Shown piece by piece: positions 42,880 to 56,600 of a DNA stretch of 64,000 nucleotides. A program made the position numbers and the translations under genes. The stretch is from the human T2T-CHM13v2.0 reference genome, Homo sapiens. Location: the NCBI RefSeq assembly GCF_009914755.1, contig NC_060946.1, one strand, 5' to 3'. Within the stretch, counting starts at the first letter, position 1, and the number at the start of each line of letters is the position of its first letter. The notes below the pieces were generated by a model that worked only from the letters and a program-made list of their open reading frames with translations, ran no database searches and was not told where the DNA came from.

Positions 42880-45800
42880 AGATTTAGGAATGTAAACCAG
42901 CTTGCATCTCCTGGGACTTGGTAAGTATGGGGGACAATGAGGTATATGGAGACAACTACATTTCTTAATGTTCTAAGGGTTCTGACAAATCTGTACTTGC
43001 CATTAGCCTTTTTAGCTGGTAACATGCGAGTATTGTAAGGAGACTCTCATGACCTCCATAACTCATATGGCAAGAATTTGGCAATAAGGAGTTGAATTTC
43101 CCCTCATGCTTCTTGCCTTAATATATATTGTCTCTTCTGAGGGCGAGAACTAGGCTGAAGTTGGATTTGAATGAGGGAGGTTTTTAGTGCATTTCCCAGA
43201 GCCTGTGTGGCCCAAAACTCAAGATTTACTTGAGACAACACCTCAGGTGGTAAATGTGACAGCTCATTCTTAACTTCCCCTGAGGGGTCAGGAACAAAAG
43301 TAAAACTTTCTATGCTTTATGATCTGTGAAGTTGACCATGACTTGGTCTCCTGAGTCAATAAACCTCTCCCCAGTAAGAGGTCAGGCATTCAGACAGTAC
43401 TAAAAAGGCAGATGAGAAGCCCAGAGGCCCTGGAGGACAACTTAGAAGATATGATAAGCAGTGTTTTGGGGCTTGTCCATCATGAGAAGACAGGAGCCCA
43501 TTGTACTGAATCATGACAGAGTCATGTGCTCCCATACCTAATACGAAGTTAATAATCCTATCTGTCACTTCAAGAGTCACCTGAGTCTCCTCCATCTCTC
43601 AATAGCTAATAGTCCAATGGGAGAAGAGGTAGGAAGTATCAGGCCCTATCACTTTTGAGTCTGCTGGGCTCTGATGATGGCTCCCTTGGAAACCCACTGC
43701 ATTTCCTTCAGCAGTGGCTGACCTTCTTACAGAAGGCACATTGATTTGTATCCAAGGCATAGTGGCTCAGAGGCACAGAGTGGGACTTTCACCTTCTCAT
43801 CTCCTCTGTGAGGGCCGGGGTTCAGGGGCTGCCTCTGAAGTGGTGGAGAGCACAAGGCTGCAGCTAGAAGCTGGGCCTCTTGGGAGATTTGCTTAATTTT
43901 ATGTTTTCTCTGTCCTATTCCTGTGATGGAAAACTGCAAAATCCAAGTCTGAAATCTGATCTATGGGAGTCTGGAAGCCTAAGGCTGCTTTTGTGTCTTC
44001 CTTCAGATATCAGAAGCAGACTGGTCTGTAAAATAAACTGCTAGCAATGCCTGTCCCTTCTTGGGGTCAGGGTCAGTGTTGGTGTATTTCCTCAAAGTCT
44101 AAATTATCCACCCTTTTAATAAGGCTAGGTTTTCATCTTTTCCCTGAGTAATTTTTGAGACTTTATAAAAATTAAAAAGCTTTATCACACTTTTTTTTAA
44201 TTCCTTCAAGGAGTCAAATGATCGTAATTTTTTCTCTCTATATCCTACTTTCTTCCTAATTCATTTGTCTTTTCTAGATTCTAGTTCTCTTTTGGGTCCT
44301 GGTCAGGCACTGGTGTGCCTCCTATTTGATAGGTGTCACGTCCCTGGTTGCAGGCTGCCACCCTATTAGCATGTACTCTAGCCACTCCCATAATGCACTG
44401 CTTTTCTACCATGTAGCAGGTAAACATAAATATATGCAAATCCTGCCTGGTCAGATTATACATCAAGGTTAGCCTCTTAAATTTGTCTATGAATTTTTCC
44501 AGAACCTCTGAAAATTGTTTTAGTTTTTCCTTGCATATGGCTAATTCAGACATAGAAAAGGGTACATATACCTATATAGTGTCCTTATTATCATCTGTCA
44601 CTTCCCAGAGAGGGCAAATATTCAACTTTGCCAGCTGCTAAGAGGCTCCACTGCGTGTTGTTCCGGTGAAACTCGGGTGTTTTGAGAGTGGGGTGTGTAT
44701 GTAAGACAGGACTCGAAGGGCAGGGAGAAGAGGATGACCAAACACTAGATAACCCTGGAAAACTAGAAGAAATTAATAACGTGTTGCACACCTCACCAGA
44801 ACTGGAAGGAGTCTGACTGTGTTCTTATGGGGTGCTTGGACTGGCAGGGGGAGTTCAGACAAAGCCAAGAAAAGCCTGATATTAAGAGGCACTTGCATTA
44901 AAAGAGTAATCAATTATGTGCCATCCCTATTTTGTCTTTTCCTCCATCAAACATATAGAAGCCCATTTTAATTTTTTATCCTGACCAAGCATCAGAGAAG
45001 CCTGTATATAATATATTTCCTCCCACTTAGTTTCTCTTCTATAAAACAAATTAAGCTGCAAAATAGGAGTCAGATCGAACAGGGGAAATGGGAAGATGTA
45101 TTAGTCCATTTTCACACTGCTATGACAAAACTGACAAAACTCTCTCAGGAAAAAAGTGACATGCTGGGTTTAGAAAGTAGGGTCCAGCTGCCCTATACCA
45201 GCTCATCAAAATGACCTTATGGTTAAGAAATGAGAAAAAACTGTTAAGAAAAAGTATCATGTTCTCCATCTTGAGGCTAATTGTTTGCAGAGGGTTGTCA
45301 TAAAAGAGGCTGTCACTAAACAGGCATATCTGATCTTATCATGTAGGGCTCTTAAATACCACATTTCAACTTCTAGTCAGAATGATGGCGAGGTTACTGC
45401 TGATCTTTTCTGATAATTAAGGTACAAAAATACTAGGTTCCAAGACATCTCTCTTTTTTCAGTGTCACTTGGACCAGTGGCAAATTAAACAAGCAATCAG
45501 ATAAAAGTCAGAGGATAGTTGAGGAAAGTAAAAGCTAAACTGTTTGGGGCCTCTTTCCTGGGGCAGCCTCCAGGCTACTACAAAACAGAGGCGGTGAGCA
45601 GAAAGGTGACAAGATGCAGAGCACTCAAGTGAGGGACAGAGAGTGCAAAGTGGACAGTCCAAAAAGAGAAAGTGGCAAACATCTTGTTTAGTCAAACCCA
45701 TTCTTCTCAGTATTCCCCAGGGCTTCTAACCCTGTGAGCTTGGCCTTTAATCTGTGTACGATGCCCCTGGGCCTCTAACTTTTGGGGCTGAGTGTCTCAC

Positions 45801-45967
45801 CCTAACATTATGCCCTAGGGTCTCTCACTTAAATAATCGTGGATAATCGTTCTTGCCCACCTGAATGGCTTCACGACTCTAAAAGACATCCCACTTGCCA
45901 GCTGATTGATTGTTTTCCTTGGAGTGGGGGTCTTGTCTTGGTGCCCCTTCATGGTATTGCTGAAAGA
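42880..45967 (-). mobile_element. Class I (ERV1, gamma-like) internal region: degenerate gag, pro and start of RT
   Basis: Capsid-like VPFSMSELAICKEKLKQFSE...YNLTRQDL; protease-like EETQVTLEV..INFVLGMGA (DTG lost); RT-like NTRMLPAKKANGKYRFV near 42980-43030. Confidence 0.82.
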
Positions 45968-46548
45968 TATTGCTGGAAAAGAGGGTCCTGATACAGACCA
46001 CAAAGTAGGATTCTTACATCTTATGCAGAAAAAATTTGAGGTGATTCAGAAAGCAAAGTGAAAGAAGCAAGTTTATTAGAAATGACTCCATTACATTGTT
46101 GGACATCCTCAGAAAACAAGAGCAGGAATGCATTGTCTTTTGTTAGTGTCTCTACTTATAAGTAACTATAAAGAGAAAGAGTTATAATTCAACTTGGAAG
46201 CTGCAGATGTACTCACTGAAGTCAGAGCTATTGGTTTTAACAATGACCTTTAACCCATTGACCTAAGCTAGCTCATTAATATTATCCTTACAAAAAAATG
46301 CTGCACTCCTAGGACATGTATACATTTTTCAGGCTTGGTGGAATATGTCTTGTATGGCCACAAATATTCTGCAATTGTAATTTGTGGCCAGCTAAAAAAT
46401 GTGGCTATTTTCAGATCATGAGTATTAACCTTCTAGATGCCTTGTGAGTACCTAGCTACTCATATTAAGATAGAGTATTCTGGTCATGTTTGTTAAACTA
46501 GAAGGTTGGTAGCCATAAGTCCCTCTAACACAGCAAGTCTACTCCTCA
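45968..46548 (-). mobile_element. 5' LTR of that ERV1 (family uncertain, MER84/MER61-like)
   Basis: Minus strand begins TGAGGAGTAG, has AATAAA (plus TTTATT ~46072), and is followed by a decayed tRNA-Arg-like PBS (CAGCAATACCATGAAGGGGC). Confidence 0.65.
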
Positions 46549-46749
46549 AGGGGAAAATGTATTTCTTAGGAATTTTGTGCATTTTGTTTGATGGAAATTG
46601 TTATGTTTACCAAAATGGCAGAAAAGAGTGAAATTAGTCCTCAAAGATTTCTCAAGATTGGATATAAAGTAAACAAAGTGATAGTTAATGTGCAAGTTGA
46701 TACAGTTGATATTCAAAAGAAATTTTGTTTGAAACACAATGAGATTTTT

Positions 46750-46753
46750 ATTT

Positions 46754-46788
<35 letters not shown>

Positions 46789-47083
46789 TTATTTTTATTG
46801 TTTTGAGACAGACTCTTGCTCTGTCACCCAGGCTGGAGTGCAGTGCACCATCTTGGCTCACTGAAACCTCCACCTCCTGGGTTCAAACAATTCTCCTGCC
46901 TCAGCCTCCCAAGTAGCTGGGATTACTGGCATGCATCATGACACCCAGCTAATTTTTGTAACTTTAGTAGAGACTGGGTTTCACTCCGTTGGCTGGGTGG
47001 TCTCAAACCCCTGAAAACAAGCAATCTGCCCACCTTGGCCTCTCAAATTGCTGGGATTACAGGCATGAGCCACCGCTCCCAGC
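46750..47083 (-). mobile_element. Alu (AluS-like) with (TTTA)n tail
   Basis: TSD CACAATGAG(A/G)TTTT on both sides. Confidence 0.92.
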
Positions 47084-47408
47084 CACAATGAGGTTTTAAA
47101 ATAATTCTGATTTCCTGCTGTTGAGCAGGGAGCTGAGCAAATTCAACAGATCATGGGCCTAAAGTAGGAGAAGACTGAGGACAAACTCTAGAATGCATGT
47201 GATTAAATTAACTACAATTGAAAGCAAATCAAATTTAATAAGGCTGTACCTCTTAGTTTTAAGATGTTTCCCCTCGCTTTGAAATGTGGTGTTATTCAGT
47301 GGAAAAGAAAACTAGTGTTTATCTCCAGAGTAAAGAACAGGGTTCCCTGCAGGGATTGATTGACTGAGAGCTATGGCTCAGGATTAAAAATCCTTCTTTT
47401 TTCCACTT

Positions 47409-47545
47409 ATAAACTAAAAATAAATCTTTAAGCCCCTATTGACTAAATGAACCCCTCTTCTTGGATAAGGACATTCCAAAGTTAACCTGAAAAGCTAGTT
47501 CAAGCCATGGGTCACACATGCCTCATTATACTCTCCTCCCTTTGC
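47409..47545 (+). mobile_element. MER4-group LTR 5' fragment
   Basis: AAACTAAAAATAAATCTTTAAGCCCC...CATTCCAAAGTTAACCTGAAAA...CATGCCTCATTATAC. Confidence 0.6.
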
Positions 47546-48579
47546 TTTTAATTTTAATTTCAATCTTTAATTTATTTCTGTGGGTACATAGTTGGTGTAT
47601 ATATTTATGGGGGTACATGACATACTTTGATACAGGCATGCAATGAGTAATACATAATAAAAAATGGTATATCCATCCCTCAAGCATTTATAGCTTGTGT
47701 TATAAACAATCCAATTATACTATTTTAGTTTTTATAAATGTATAAATTATTTTTGACTATAATCACCCTGTTGTGCTATCAAATACTGTCTTATTCTTTC
47801 TTTCTAACAATTTTTTAACCCATTTAGCATCCCCACTATCCCCCCTTCCCTCACTGCCCTTCCCAGCCTCTAGTAACCATCCTTATACCCTCTATCTCTA
47901 TGACACCTATTGTTTTGAATTTTAGCACCCACAAATAAGTGAGAACATGTCACATTTGTCTTTCTGTGCCTGACTTATTTCACTTAACATAAAGACTTTC
48001 AGTTCCATTTATGTTATTGCAAATGGCATACTGTCATTCTTTCTTACAGCTGAATAGTACTCCATTCTGTATATGTACCACATTTTCTCTATCCCATCAT
48101 CTGTTGATGGACATTGAGGTTCCTTCCAAATCTTGGCTATTATAAACCCTACTGTAGCAAACATAAGAGTGCCAATATGTCTTTGATTTACCAATTTTAT
48201 TTCTTTTAGGCATATACTGAGCAGTGGGATTGCTAGACCATATAGTAGCTCTATTTATAGTTATATCAGGAACATCCAAACTGTTCTTAACTGTGCTCCC
48301 AACCACAGTGTACAAGTGTTCCCTTCACTCCACATACTCACCAGCATTTGTTTTTGACTGACTTCTGGATAAAAACAACCTTAACTAGGGTGAAATGATG
48401 TCTCATTTTGGGTTTGATTTGCATTTCTATGATGATCAGTAATGTGGAGCATCTTTTCATTTGCCTGTTTGACATTTGAATGTCTTCTTTTCATAAATGT
48501 CTATTTAATTTTTTTGTCCACTCTTTAATTGGATTATTACATTTTTTCCGTAGAACTTTTTGAACTCAATATATTGTAG

Positions 48580-49270
48580 TGTATTCGTCTGTTTCTGCAT
48601 TGCTATAAAAAAATACCCGAGACTGGGCTATCTATTTATTTATTGAGATGAAGTCTTGATCTGTTGCCCAGGCTGGAGTGCAGTGGTGCAATCTCGGCTC
48701 ATTGCAACCTCCACTTCCTTGTTCAAGCCATTCTCTGCCTCAGCCTCCTGAGTAGCTGGTATTGCAGGCACCTGCCAGCACACCCAGCTAATTTTTTGCC
48801 ACCATGCCTGGCTAATTTTTGTATTTTTAGTAGAGACGGGGTTTCACCATCTTGGCCAGGCTGGTCTTGAACTCCTGACCTCATGCTCCACCTGCCTCGG
48901 CCTCCGAAAATGGTGAGATTACCGGCGTGAGCCACCGCACCTGGCAAGACTGAATAATTTATAAAGGAAATGGGTTTAATTAACTCACAGTTCCAATGGC
49001 TGGGGAGGCCTCAGGAAACTCACAATCATGGCAGATGGGGAAGCAGGCACCTCTTATATGGCAGCAGGCGAGAGCATGTATGTGAAGCAAAGGGGGAAGA
49101 GTCCCTTATATAACCATCAGATCTCATGAGAACTCACTCATTATCAGAAGAACAGCATGGGGGAAACCACCCCCATGATCCAATCGCCTTCTACCAGGTC
49201 TCTCCCTCAACATCTGGGGATTACAATTCAGTATGAGATTTGGGTGGGGACACAAAGCCTAATCATATCA
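48580..49270 (-). mobile_element. MSTA-type solo LTR containing an Alu (~48630-48945)
   Basis: TGTATTCGTCTG...CCTAATCATATCA; TSD TGTAG/GGTAG. Confidence 0.9.
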
Positions 49271-49931
49271 GGTAGCTATTAATTGCTTTTCAGATGGAAA
49301 ATTTACAAATATTTTCTCTCATTCTGTGTATTTTCTCTTCGCTTTTTTTTATTGTTTCCTTCACTTTAAAAAGGCTTTCTGACTTGCTTTAATCCCATTT
49401 GTCCATGTTTCTTTTGGTTGTCTGTGCTTATGCGGCATTATTTAAGAAAATTTTGCCCAAACCAATGCCCTAAAGAGTTTCCCCAATGTTTTCTTGTAAA
49501 AATTTAATAGTTTGAGTTGTTAGGTTTAAGTCTTTATTTCATTTTAATTTGATTTTTGTATGTAGAAAGAAATAGGGTTCTAGTTTTATTCGTCTACCTA
49601 TGGCTTGCCAGTTTTCCCAGCCCTATTTATTACAAAACCTGTCTTATTTTTTATTGACACTTTTCTTGGCACTTTTGTTGAAAGTAAGTTTAGTTTAGCT
49701 GTATGAGTTTGTTTCTAAGGTCTCTATTTCATTCTATTTGTCTTTATGTCTGTTTTTATGCTAGTGTCATGCTGTTTTAATTACTATAAATTAGTAGTAT
49801 AATTTAAAACCAGGTAATGGAATTCCTCTAGTTTTGTTTTATATACTCAGCATAGCTTTGACTATTATGGTGTTTTGTGAAGGTTCCATATACATTTCAG
49901 AATTTTTTTGTCTATTTCTGTGAGGAATGTC

Positions 49932-50220
49932 TTTTTTTTTTTTTGGTGTCTCACTCTGTCACCTAGACTGGAGTGCAGTGATGTGATCTTGGCTCACTGC
50001 AACCTCTGCCTCCTGGGTTCAAGCAATTCTCTGCCTCAGACTCCTGAGTAGCTGGGATTATAAGCACCTGCCACCACACCCAGCTAATTTTTTTGTATTT
50101 TTAACAGAGACGGTGTTTCACCAAGTTGACCAGGCTGGTCTTGAACTCCTGACCTCATGATCCACCCATCTCGGCCTCCCAAAGTGCTGGGATTACAGGC
50201 ATGAGCCACTGCCCCTGGCC
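49932..50220 (-). mobile_element. Alu (AluS-like) in L1MA
   Basis: Full antisense Alu with T tail. Confidence 0.92.
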
Positions 50221-50572
50221 TGTTATTTTGATAGAGATGGCATGAAATGTATAGATTGCTTTGGATTGTATGGACATTTTTAAAAATACTGATTCTTCCA
50301 ATCTGTGAACATAAAAATATCTTTCCAATTTTTGGGTCCTGTTTCATTTCTTTTATCGGTGTTTTACAGTTTCAATTTTTGAGAACTTTTATTTCTTTGG
50401 TAAATTCCCACACGTTTTGTTTCATTTGTGGCTACTGCAGATAGTATCACATTTTTGAATTCTTTTTCAGTTTGTTGACTCTTGGCATGTAGAAATCCTA
50501 CTGATTTGTATATGTTGATTTTGTATTCTGTAAATTTACTCAAGTTATTACTGCTAATAGTTTTTTGGTGGA

Positions 50573-53036
50573 TGTATTAGGCCATTCTCACATTGCTATA
50601 AAAAATAATCAGTGACCAGTTAATTTATAAAGAAAATAGTTTTAATTGGCTCATGGCTCTACAGGTTGTACAGAAAGCATTGCACTGGCTTCTGCTTCTG
50701 GGGAAGCCTCTGACAACTGACAAGGTGAAAAATAAATCCGGTGTTTACACATCACATTGTAAGTGTGAGGGCAGGGGGGAAGTGCTACACACACTTGTAG
50801 ATAACCAGCTCTCACGAAAGCTAACTATTGTGGTAATGGCACCAAAGAAAATGATGCCAAACTGTACATGGAAATCCTGCTGTCATGATTCAATCACCTC
50901 CCCACTAGGCCCACCTCCAACATTGAGGATTACATTTCAATATAAGATTTTGGTGGGAACACCGACCCAAACTATATCATTTTGCCCCTGGCCATTGCAA
51001 ATCTCATATCCTTCTCATATTTCAAAATACAATCATGACTTCCCAATAATCCCCAAAGTCTTAACTCATTTCATCCTTAACTCAAAAGTCAAAAGTCTCA
51101 TTCTAAGACAAAGCTAGTTTCTTCCTCCTATAAGCCTGTAAAATAGAAAACAAGTTAGGCACTTCCAAGATACAAATGAGACAGAGGCATTGGGTAAATA
51201 ATCCTATTCTAAAAGGAAGAAATCAGCCAAAAGAAATGGACCGCAGGACCCATGAAAGTCTGAAACCCAGAAGGGCAGTTATTGAATTGTAAGGCTCCAA
51301 AATAATTATTTTTGACTCTGTGTCCCATTTTCTGGGCACACTAATGCCTTGGGAAGGTTCTACCTTGTGCCTTTGCATGGTTCAGCCCCCACAGCTACTC
51401 TCATGGGCTGGCATTGTGTACCTCTGGCTGGTATTGTGTGACTCTGGCTTTTCCAGGTGCAAGGTGCAAGCTGTAGCTAGATCTACCATTATGGGGTCTG
51501 GAGGACAGTGATCTTCTCCTCACAGATCTCCTAGGCCATGCCCCAGTGGGGAGCCTACCTGGGGGCTGTCACCCCACATTTCTTTTCTCCATTGTTTTAG
51601 TAGAGGTTCTCCATGAAGGCTCCACCCCTGCAGAATGCTTCTGCCTGCACACCCTGGCTTTTTCATACATCCTTTGAAATAAAGATGGAGGCTCCCAAGT
51701 CTCAACTCTTGCATTTTGTATACCCACAGGCCTAACACCTCATGGAAGCTACCAAGTCTATGGCTTGCACCCCCTGAAGCAGTGACTGGAGTTGTAACTG
51801 AGTCAATTTTACTTACACCTGGAGCTGAAGTAGTGGACAGGATGCAGGGAGCCATGTTCCAAATCTACCCAAGGCAGCAGGTCCTGGGCCTGATCCCAGA
51901 AACTATTCTCTTCTTTTAGGCTTCAGGGCCTATGATGGGGGGCTGCCTTTTAGATTTCTAAAATGCCTTCAATTCCTCTTTCCCATTGTCTTGGCTATCA
52001 ACACTTGCTTTTTTTTTTAGGTTATACAAATATCTCTAACAAGTAGTTGCTCCATAGCCTGCTTGAGTTCCTCTCTTATAAAAACTTTTTATTTTTCAGC
52101 CACATGACTAGGCTGCAAAGTTTTCCATATTTTACACTATGCTTCCCTTGTAAGTTTAAGTTGCAACCTTTTTTGTTTTTGTTAGAACATGTGAGCATAG
52201 GTTGTTAGAAGCAGCAGCCAGGCCACATCTCAAATGTTTTCCTGTTTAGACATTTTTCCAACAGAAACCATAAATCTTCAATTTCAAATTCAAACTTTTA
52301 TATATGCCTAGGGCATGACAGAAATTCAGCCAACCACTTTGCTAAGACAACATGTGTGACCTTTGTTTCAGTCCTAATTAGTTTCTAATTTTCATCTGAG
52401 ACCTCTTCAGCCCAGACTTCACTGTCCAAATCACTATCAGCATTTTGCTCACAGCCATTCAACCAGTCTCTAAGAAAATCTTAACTTTCCCTCATTTTTC
52501 TGTCTTCTTCTGAATCCTACAAACTCTTCCAACCTCTGCCTATTTACCCAATTACAAAGCTGATTCCACATTTTCAGGTATTTTTATAACAATTTACCAC
52601 TCCTTGGTGCCAATTTTAAGTATTAAGCTATTTTTGCATCACTATAAGAGTGGGACAGGATAATTTATTTTTGAAAAAGGAGGTTTAAGTGGCTCCTGGT
52701 TCTACAGGCTTTAGAGAAGACATAGCACTGGCATATGCTTCTGGGGTGGCCTATGGAAGTTTACAGTCATGGCAGAAGTTGAAGCAGAATCTTGCACATC
52801 ACACAGCAAAAAGCAGGAGTGAAAAACAGAGGTGCAAGTTGTTACACACTTTTAAATAACCAGATCTTATAGGAACTCACTTACTATTATGAGGATAGTA
52901 CCAAATGGGATGGTGCTAAGCCATTTATGAGTAATCCACCCCGATGATTAAATCACCTTTCACCAGGCCCACCTCCAACATTAAGAATTACATTTAAATA
53001 TGAGATTTGGGAGGGGACAACATTCAAACCCTATCA
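50573..53036 (-). mobile_element. Complete MST-type MaLR provirus (LTR-internal-LTR)
   Basis: LTRs ~50573-50979 and ~52619-53036, 1.6-kb internal region, 5-bp TSD GTGGA/GAGGA; L1 sequence resumes seamlessly. Confidence 0.9.
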
Positions 53037-53405
53037 GAGGAGTCTTTATGTTTTTGCCAATATAAGATTATATCATTGGCAAAAAAAGACAATTTGACTT
53101 CTTTTCCAATTGGGATGCCTTTTATTGCTTTCTCCTGTCTGGTTGCTCCAGTTAGGACTTTCAGAATTATGCTGAATAACAGTGGTAAAAGTGGACATTC
53201 TTGTCATCTTCCAGATTTTAGAGGAAAGGATTTTAGTTTTTCCCCATTTAGTATGATACTAGCTGTGGGTCTCTCATATATGACTTTTATCATGTTGAGG
53301 CATGTTCATTCCATACCCAGTTTTCAAAGGGTTTTTTATTATTAAAGAATATTAAATTTTATCAAATTTTTTTAGTATAATTGAAATGATTATATGGATT
53401 TTGTC

Positions 53406-53699
53406 CTTTTTTTTTTTGAGATGAAGTCTCCCTCTGTCACCCAGGCTGGAGTGCAATGGCGTGATCTCAGCTCACTGAAACCTCTGTCTCCTGGGTTCAA
53501 GTGATTCTCCTGCTTCAGCCTCCCGAGTAGCTGGGATTACAGGCACCCACCACCGTGCCTGGTTAATTTTTGTATATTTAGTAGAGACAAGGTTTTGCCA
53601 TGTTGGCCATACTGGTTTAGAACTCCTGAAATCGGGTGATCTGCCCACCCCAGCTTCCCAAAGTGCTGGGATTACAGGCGTGAGCCACTGTGCCTGGCC
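53406..53699 (-). mobile_element. Alu (AluS-like) in L1MA
   Basis: Full antisense Alu with T tail. Confidence 0.92.
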
Positions 53700-56600
53700 C
53701 CTTCATTCTGTTTATGTGATGTATCACACTGATTGATTTGCATGTTGAACCATCCTTGCATCCCTGGGATAAATCCCACTTGGTCATTATGAATTACCTG
53801 TTTATGTGTTGTTTAATTCAGTTTGCTAGGTTTTTTGCAAATTTTTGCATCAATACTCTCAGATATGGGCCTGTAGTTTGCTTTTTTAATGTGTCTTTTT
53901 CTGGTTTTGATATCAGGGTAATACTAGCCTCAAAGAATGGGTTTGGAAATGTTTTTTCTTTTTCTATTTTTAAGTCTGGTCCTACAGACTTTTTTATTAA
54001 GGCTTTAATTTTGCTAATTATTATTGGTCTGTTCAGGTTTTAGATTTTTTCCTGGTTCAATCTTGTTAAGTTGTGTTTGTCTGAGAATTAATTTCCTGTA
54101 AAATTTCTAATTTCTTGGCACACAATTGCTGATAGTAACCACAATGATCCTTTGATTTTCTGAAGCATTACTTCTAATGTCTACTTTTTCACCTCTGATT
54201 TTACTAATTTGTATCGCTCTGTTTTTTAGTTAGCCTGTCTAAATATTTGTCAATTGATTTACTTTTCAAAAAATCAACTTCTTTTTATTAGTCTTTTGCA
54301 TCGTTTTCTTCATTTTAACTTTATTTACTTCCGCTCTAATCTTTATTATTTCTTTTCTTCTAATTTTGGATTTGGTTTCGCCTTTTTATTCTAGTTAATT
54401 AAGATGCATTGTTAGGTTATTTATTTGAAGATTTTCTGTTTTTTATATCGGCACTTACAGTTATAAATTTTCCTTTTATAATAGTACCTCTTTCACTATA
54501 TTCCATAGGTTTTGCTATGCTATGTTTCCATTATCATTTGTTTCAAGAAATTTTTCTATTTTCTTCTTAACTTTTTTATCGACCTACTAATCATTCAGGA
54601 GCATATTGTTTAATGTCCTTGTGTTTGTATAGTTTCTGAAATTCCTTTTTTAATTGATTTATAGTTTTATTCCCTGTAGTCAGAGAAAATGTTCGATATT
54701 ACTTCAATTTTTTGGAATGTCTTTAGACTTGTTACTTAACATATGGTCTATCCTTGAGAATTACCTATGTGCTGAGGAGAAGAATGTATATTCTGCAGCT
54801 GTTGGATGAAATTTTCTGTAAATATCTATTAGGTTCATTTGTTCTGTAGTGCAGATTAAGTCTGATGTTTCTTTTTTGATTTTCTGTTTGGAAGGTCTAT
54901 CCAATGACTAAAGTAGGGTGTTGAAGTGTCCAGCCATTATTGTATCGAGGTCTCTTTCTTTAGCTCTTATAATATTTGGTTTATTTATCTAGGTGCTTTA
55001 GTGTTGGGTGCATATATATGTTCAATTATATCCTCTTGATGAATTGATCTCTTTATTATTATATAATGACCTTTTTAATCTCTTCCTACAGTCTTTTGCT
55101 GAAATCTATTTTTGTCTGGTATAAGTATAGCTATTTTTGCTCTTTTTTGGTTTCTATTGGCATGGAATAACTTTTTCCATCCTTTTATTTTCAGTCTAAA
55201 TGTATCTTTATAGGTGAAGTATGTTTTTTGTAGGTCAGAGATTATTGTCCTGCTTCTCTATCCATTCATCCACTATTTTTCTTTTGACTGGAGTATTTAG
55301 TTCATTTACATTCAATGTTATTATTGATAAGCCCTTACTCCTGCCATTTTGTTATTTGTTTTCTGATTGATTTTTGTCCTCTCTTCCTTCTTTCCTTTCT
55401 TCCTGTCTTCCTTTTAGTGAAGGTGATTTCTCTTGTATTATAATCTAATTTCTTGCTTTTTACTTTTTGTACGTCTGTGGTACACTTTTTGATTTGAAAT
55501 TACCATGAGGCTTGAAAATAATATAATACATGATTTTAGACTGTGGACAATTTAACACCGATTGCATCAACAAAGAAACAAGCAAAACAACTAATAAAAT
55601 CTCTATACTTTATTGCCATTCTTTTAACCTTTTTGTTGTTTCTCTTCATTCCCTATGTTACTGTCTATGTCTTGGAAATATGTTGTAGTTATTATTTTCA
55701 CTGGTTTATTATTTACTCTTTCTATTTGAGATTTTTGCACCCCATAATTACCATGTTATAATATTCAGTGTTTTTCCATGTGCTATTGTTAGTGCGTTCT
55801 GTACCTTCAGATGATTTCTTATTGCTCACTAACTTTTTTCTTTTAGGTCTAGAAATCCCTTTAGCATTTCCTGTAGTACAGGTCTGGTGTTAATGAAATC
55901 CCTCAGTTTTTGTTTGTCGGGAAAAGTTCTTATTTCTCCGTCAAGTTTAAAGGACATATTTGCCAGATACATTATTCTAAAGTAAAAGTCTTTTTTTTCT
56001 TCAGCTTTTTTAATATGTCACGCCAGTCTCCCAGCCTGTAAATTTTCCCCTGAAAAGTCTGCTGTCAGATGTATTGGAGTTCTACTGAATGCTATTTTTT
56101 TCTCTTCTCTGGATGCTTTTAGAATCATTTCTTTATCCTTAACTTTTGGGAGTTCAGTTAAGTGCCTTGAGGTGGTCTTCTTTGGGTTAAATATGCTTTA
56201 TGTTTTGTAACTTTCTGTTACTCAAATGTTGACATCAAATGTTGAGGAATTGTTTAATATTATTTAATATTATTTATTTAAATAAATGTTCAACTCATCT
56301 CTTTTTCTACCTCCTCTTTAAGGCCAATAACTCTTAGGTTTGCTATTTTGAGGCTATTTTTTAGATTCTGTAGGCATGCTTTATTTTTCATTCTTTTTTG
56401 TGTCCTCTGACTTTGTATTTTTAAATAGTCTGACTTCAAGTTCACTAAATCTATCTTCTCCTTGATCAATTCTTTAAAGTAATTCTGATCCATTCTCAAG
56501 TATGACAATATCATTTTAACTTCAGAATTTCTGCTTTATTCTTTTTATTTCAATCTCATTGTTAAATTTATCTGATAGAATTTTGAATTCCTTCTCTGTG

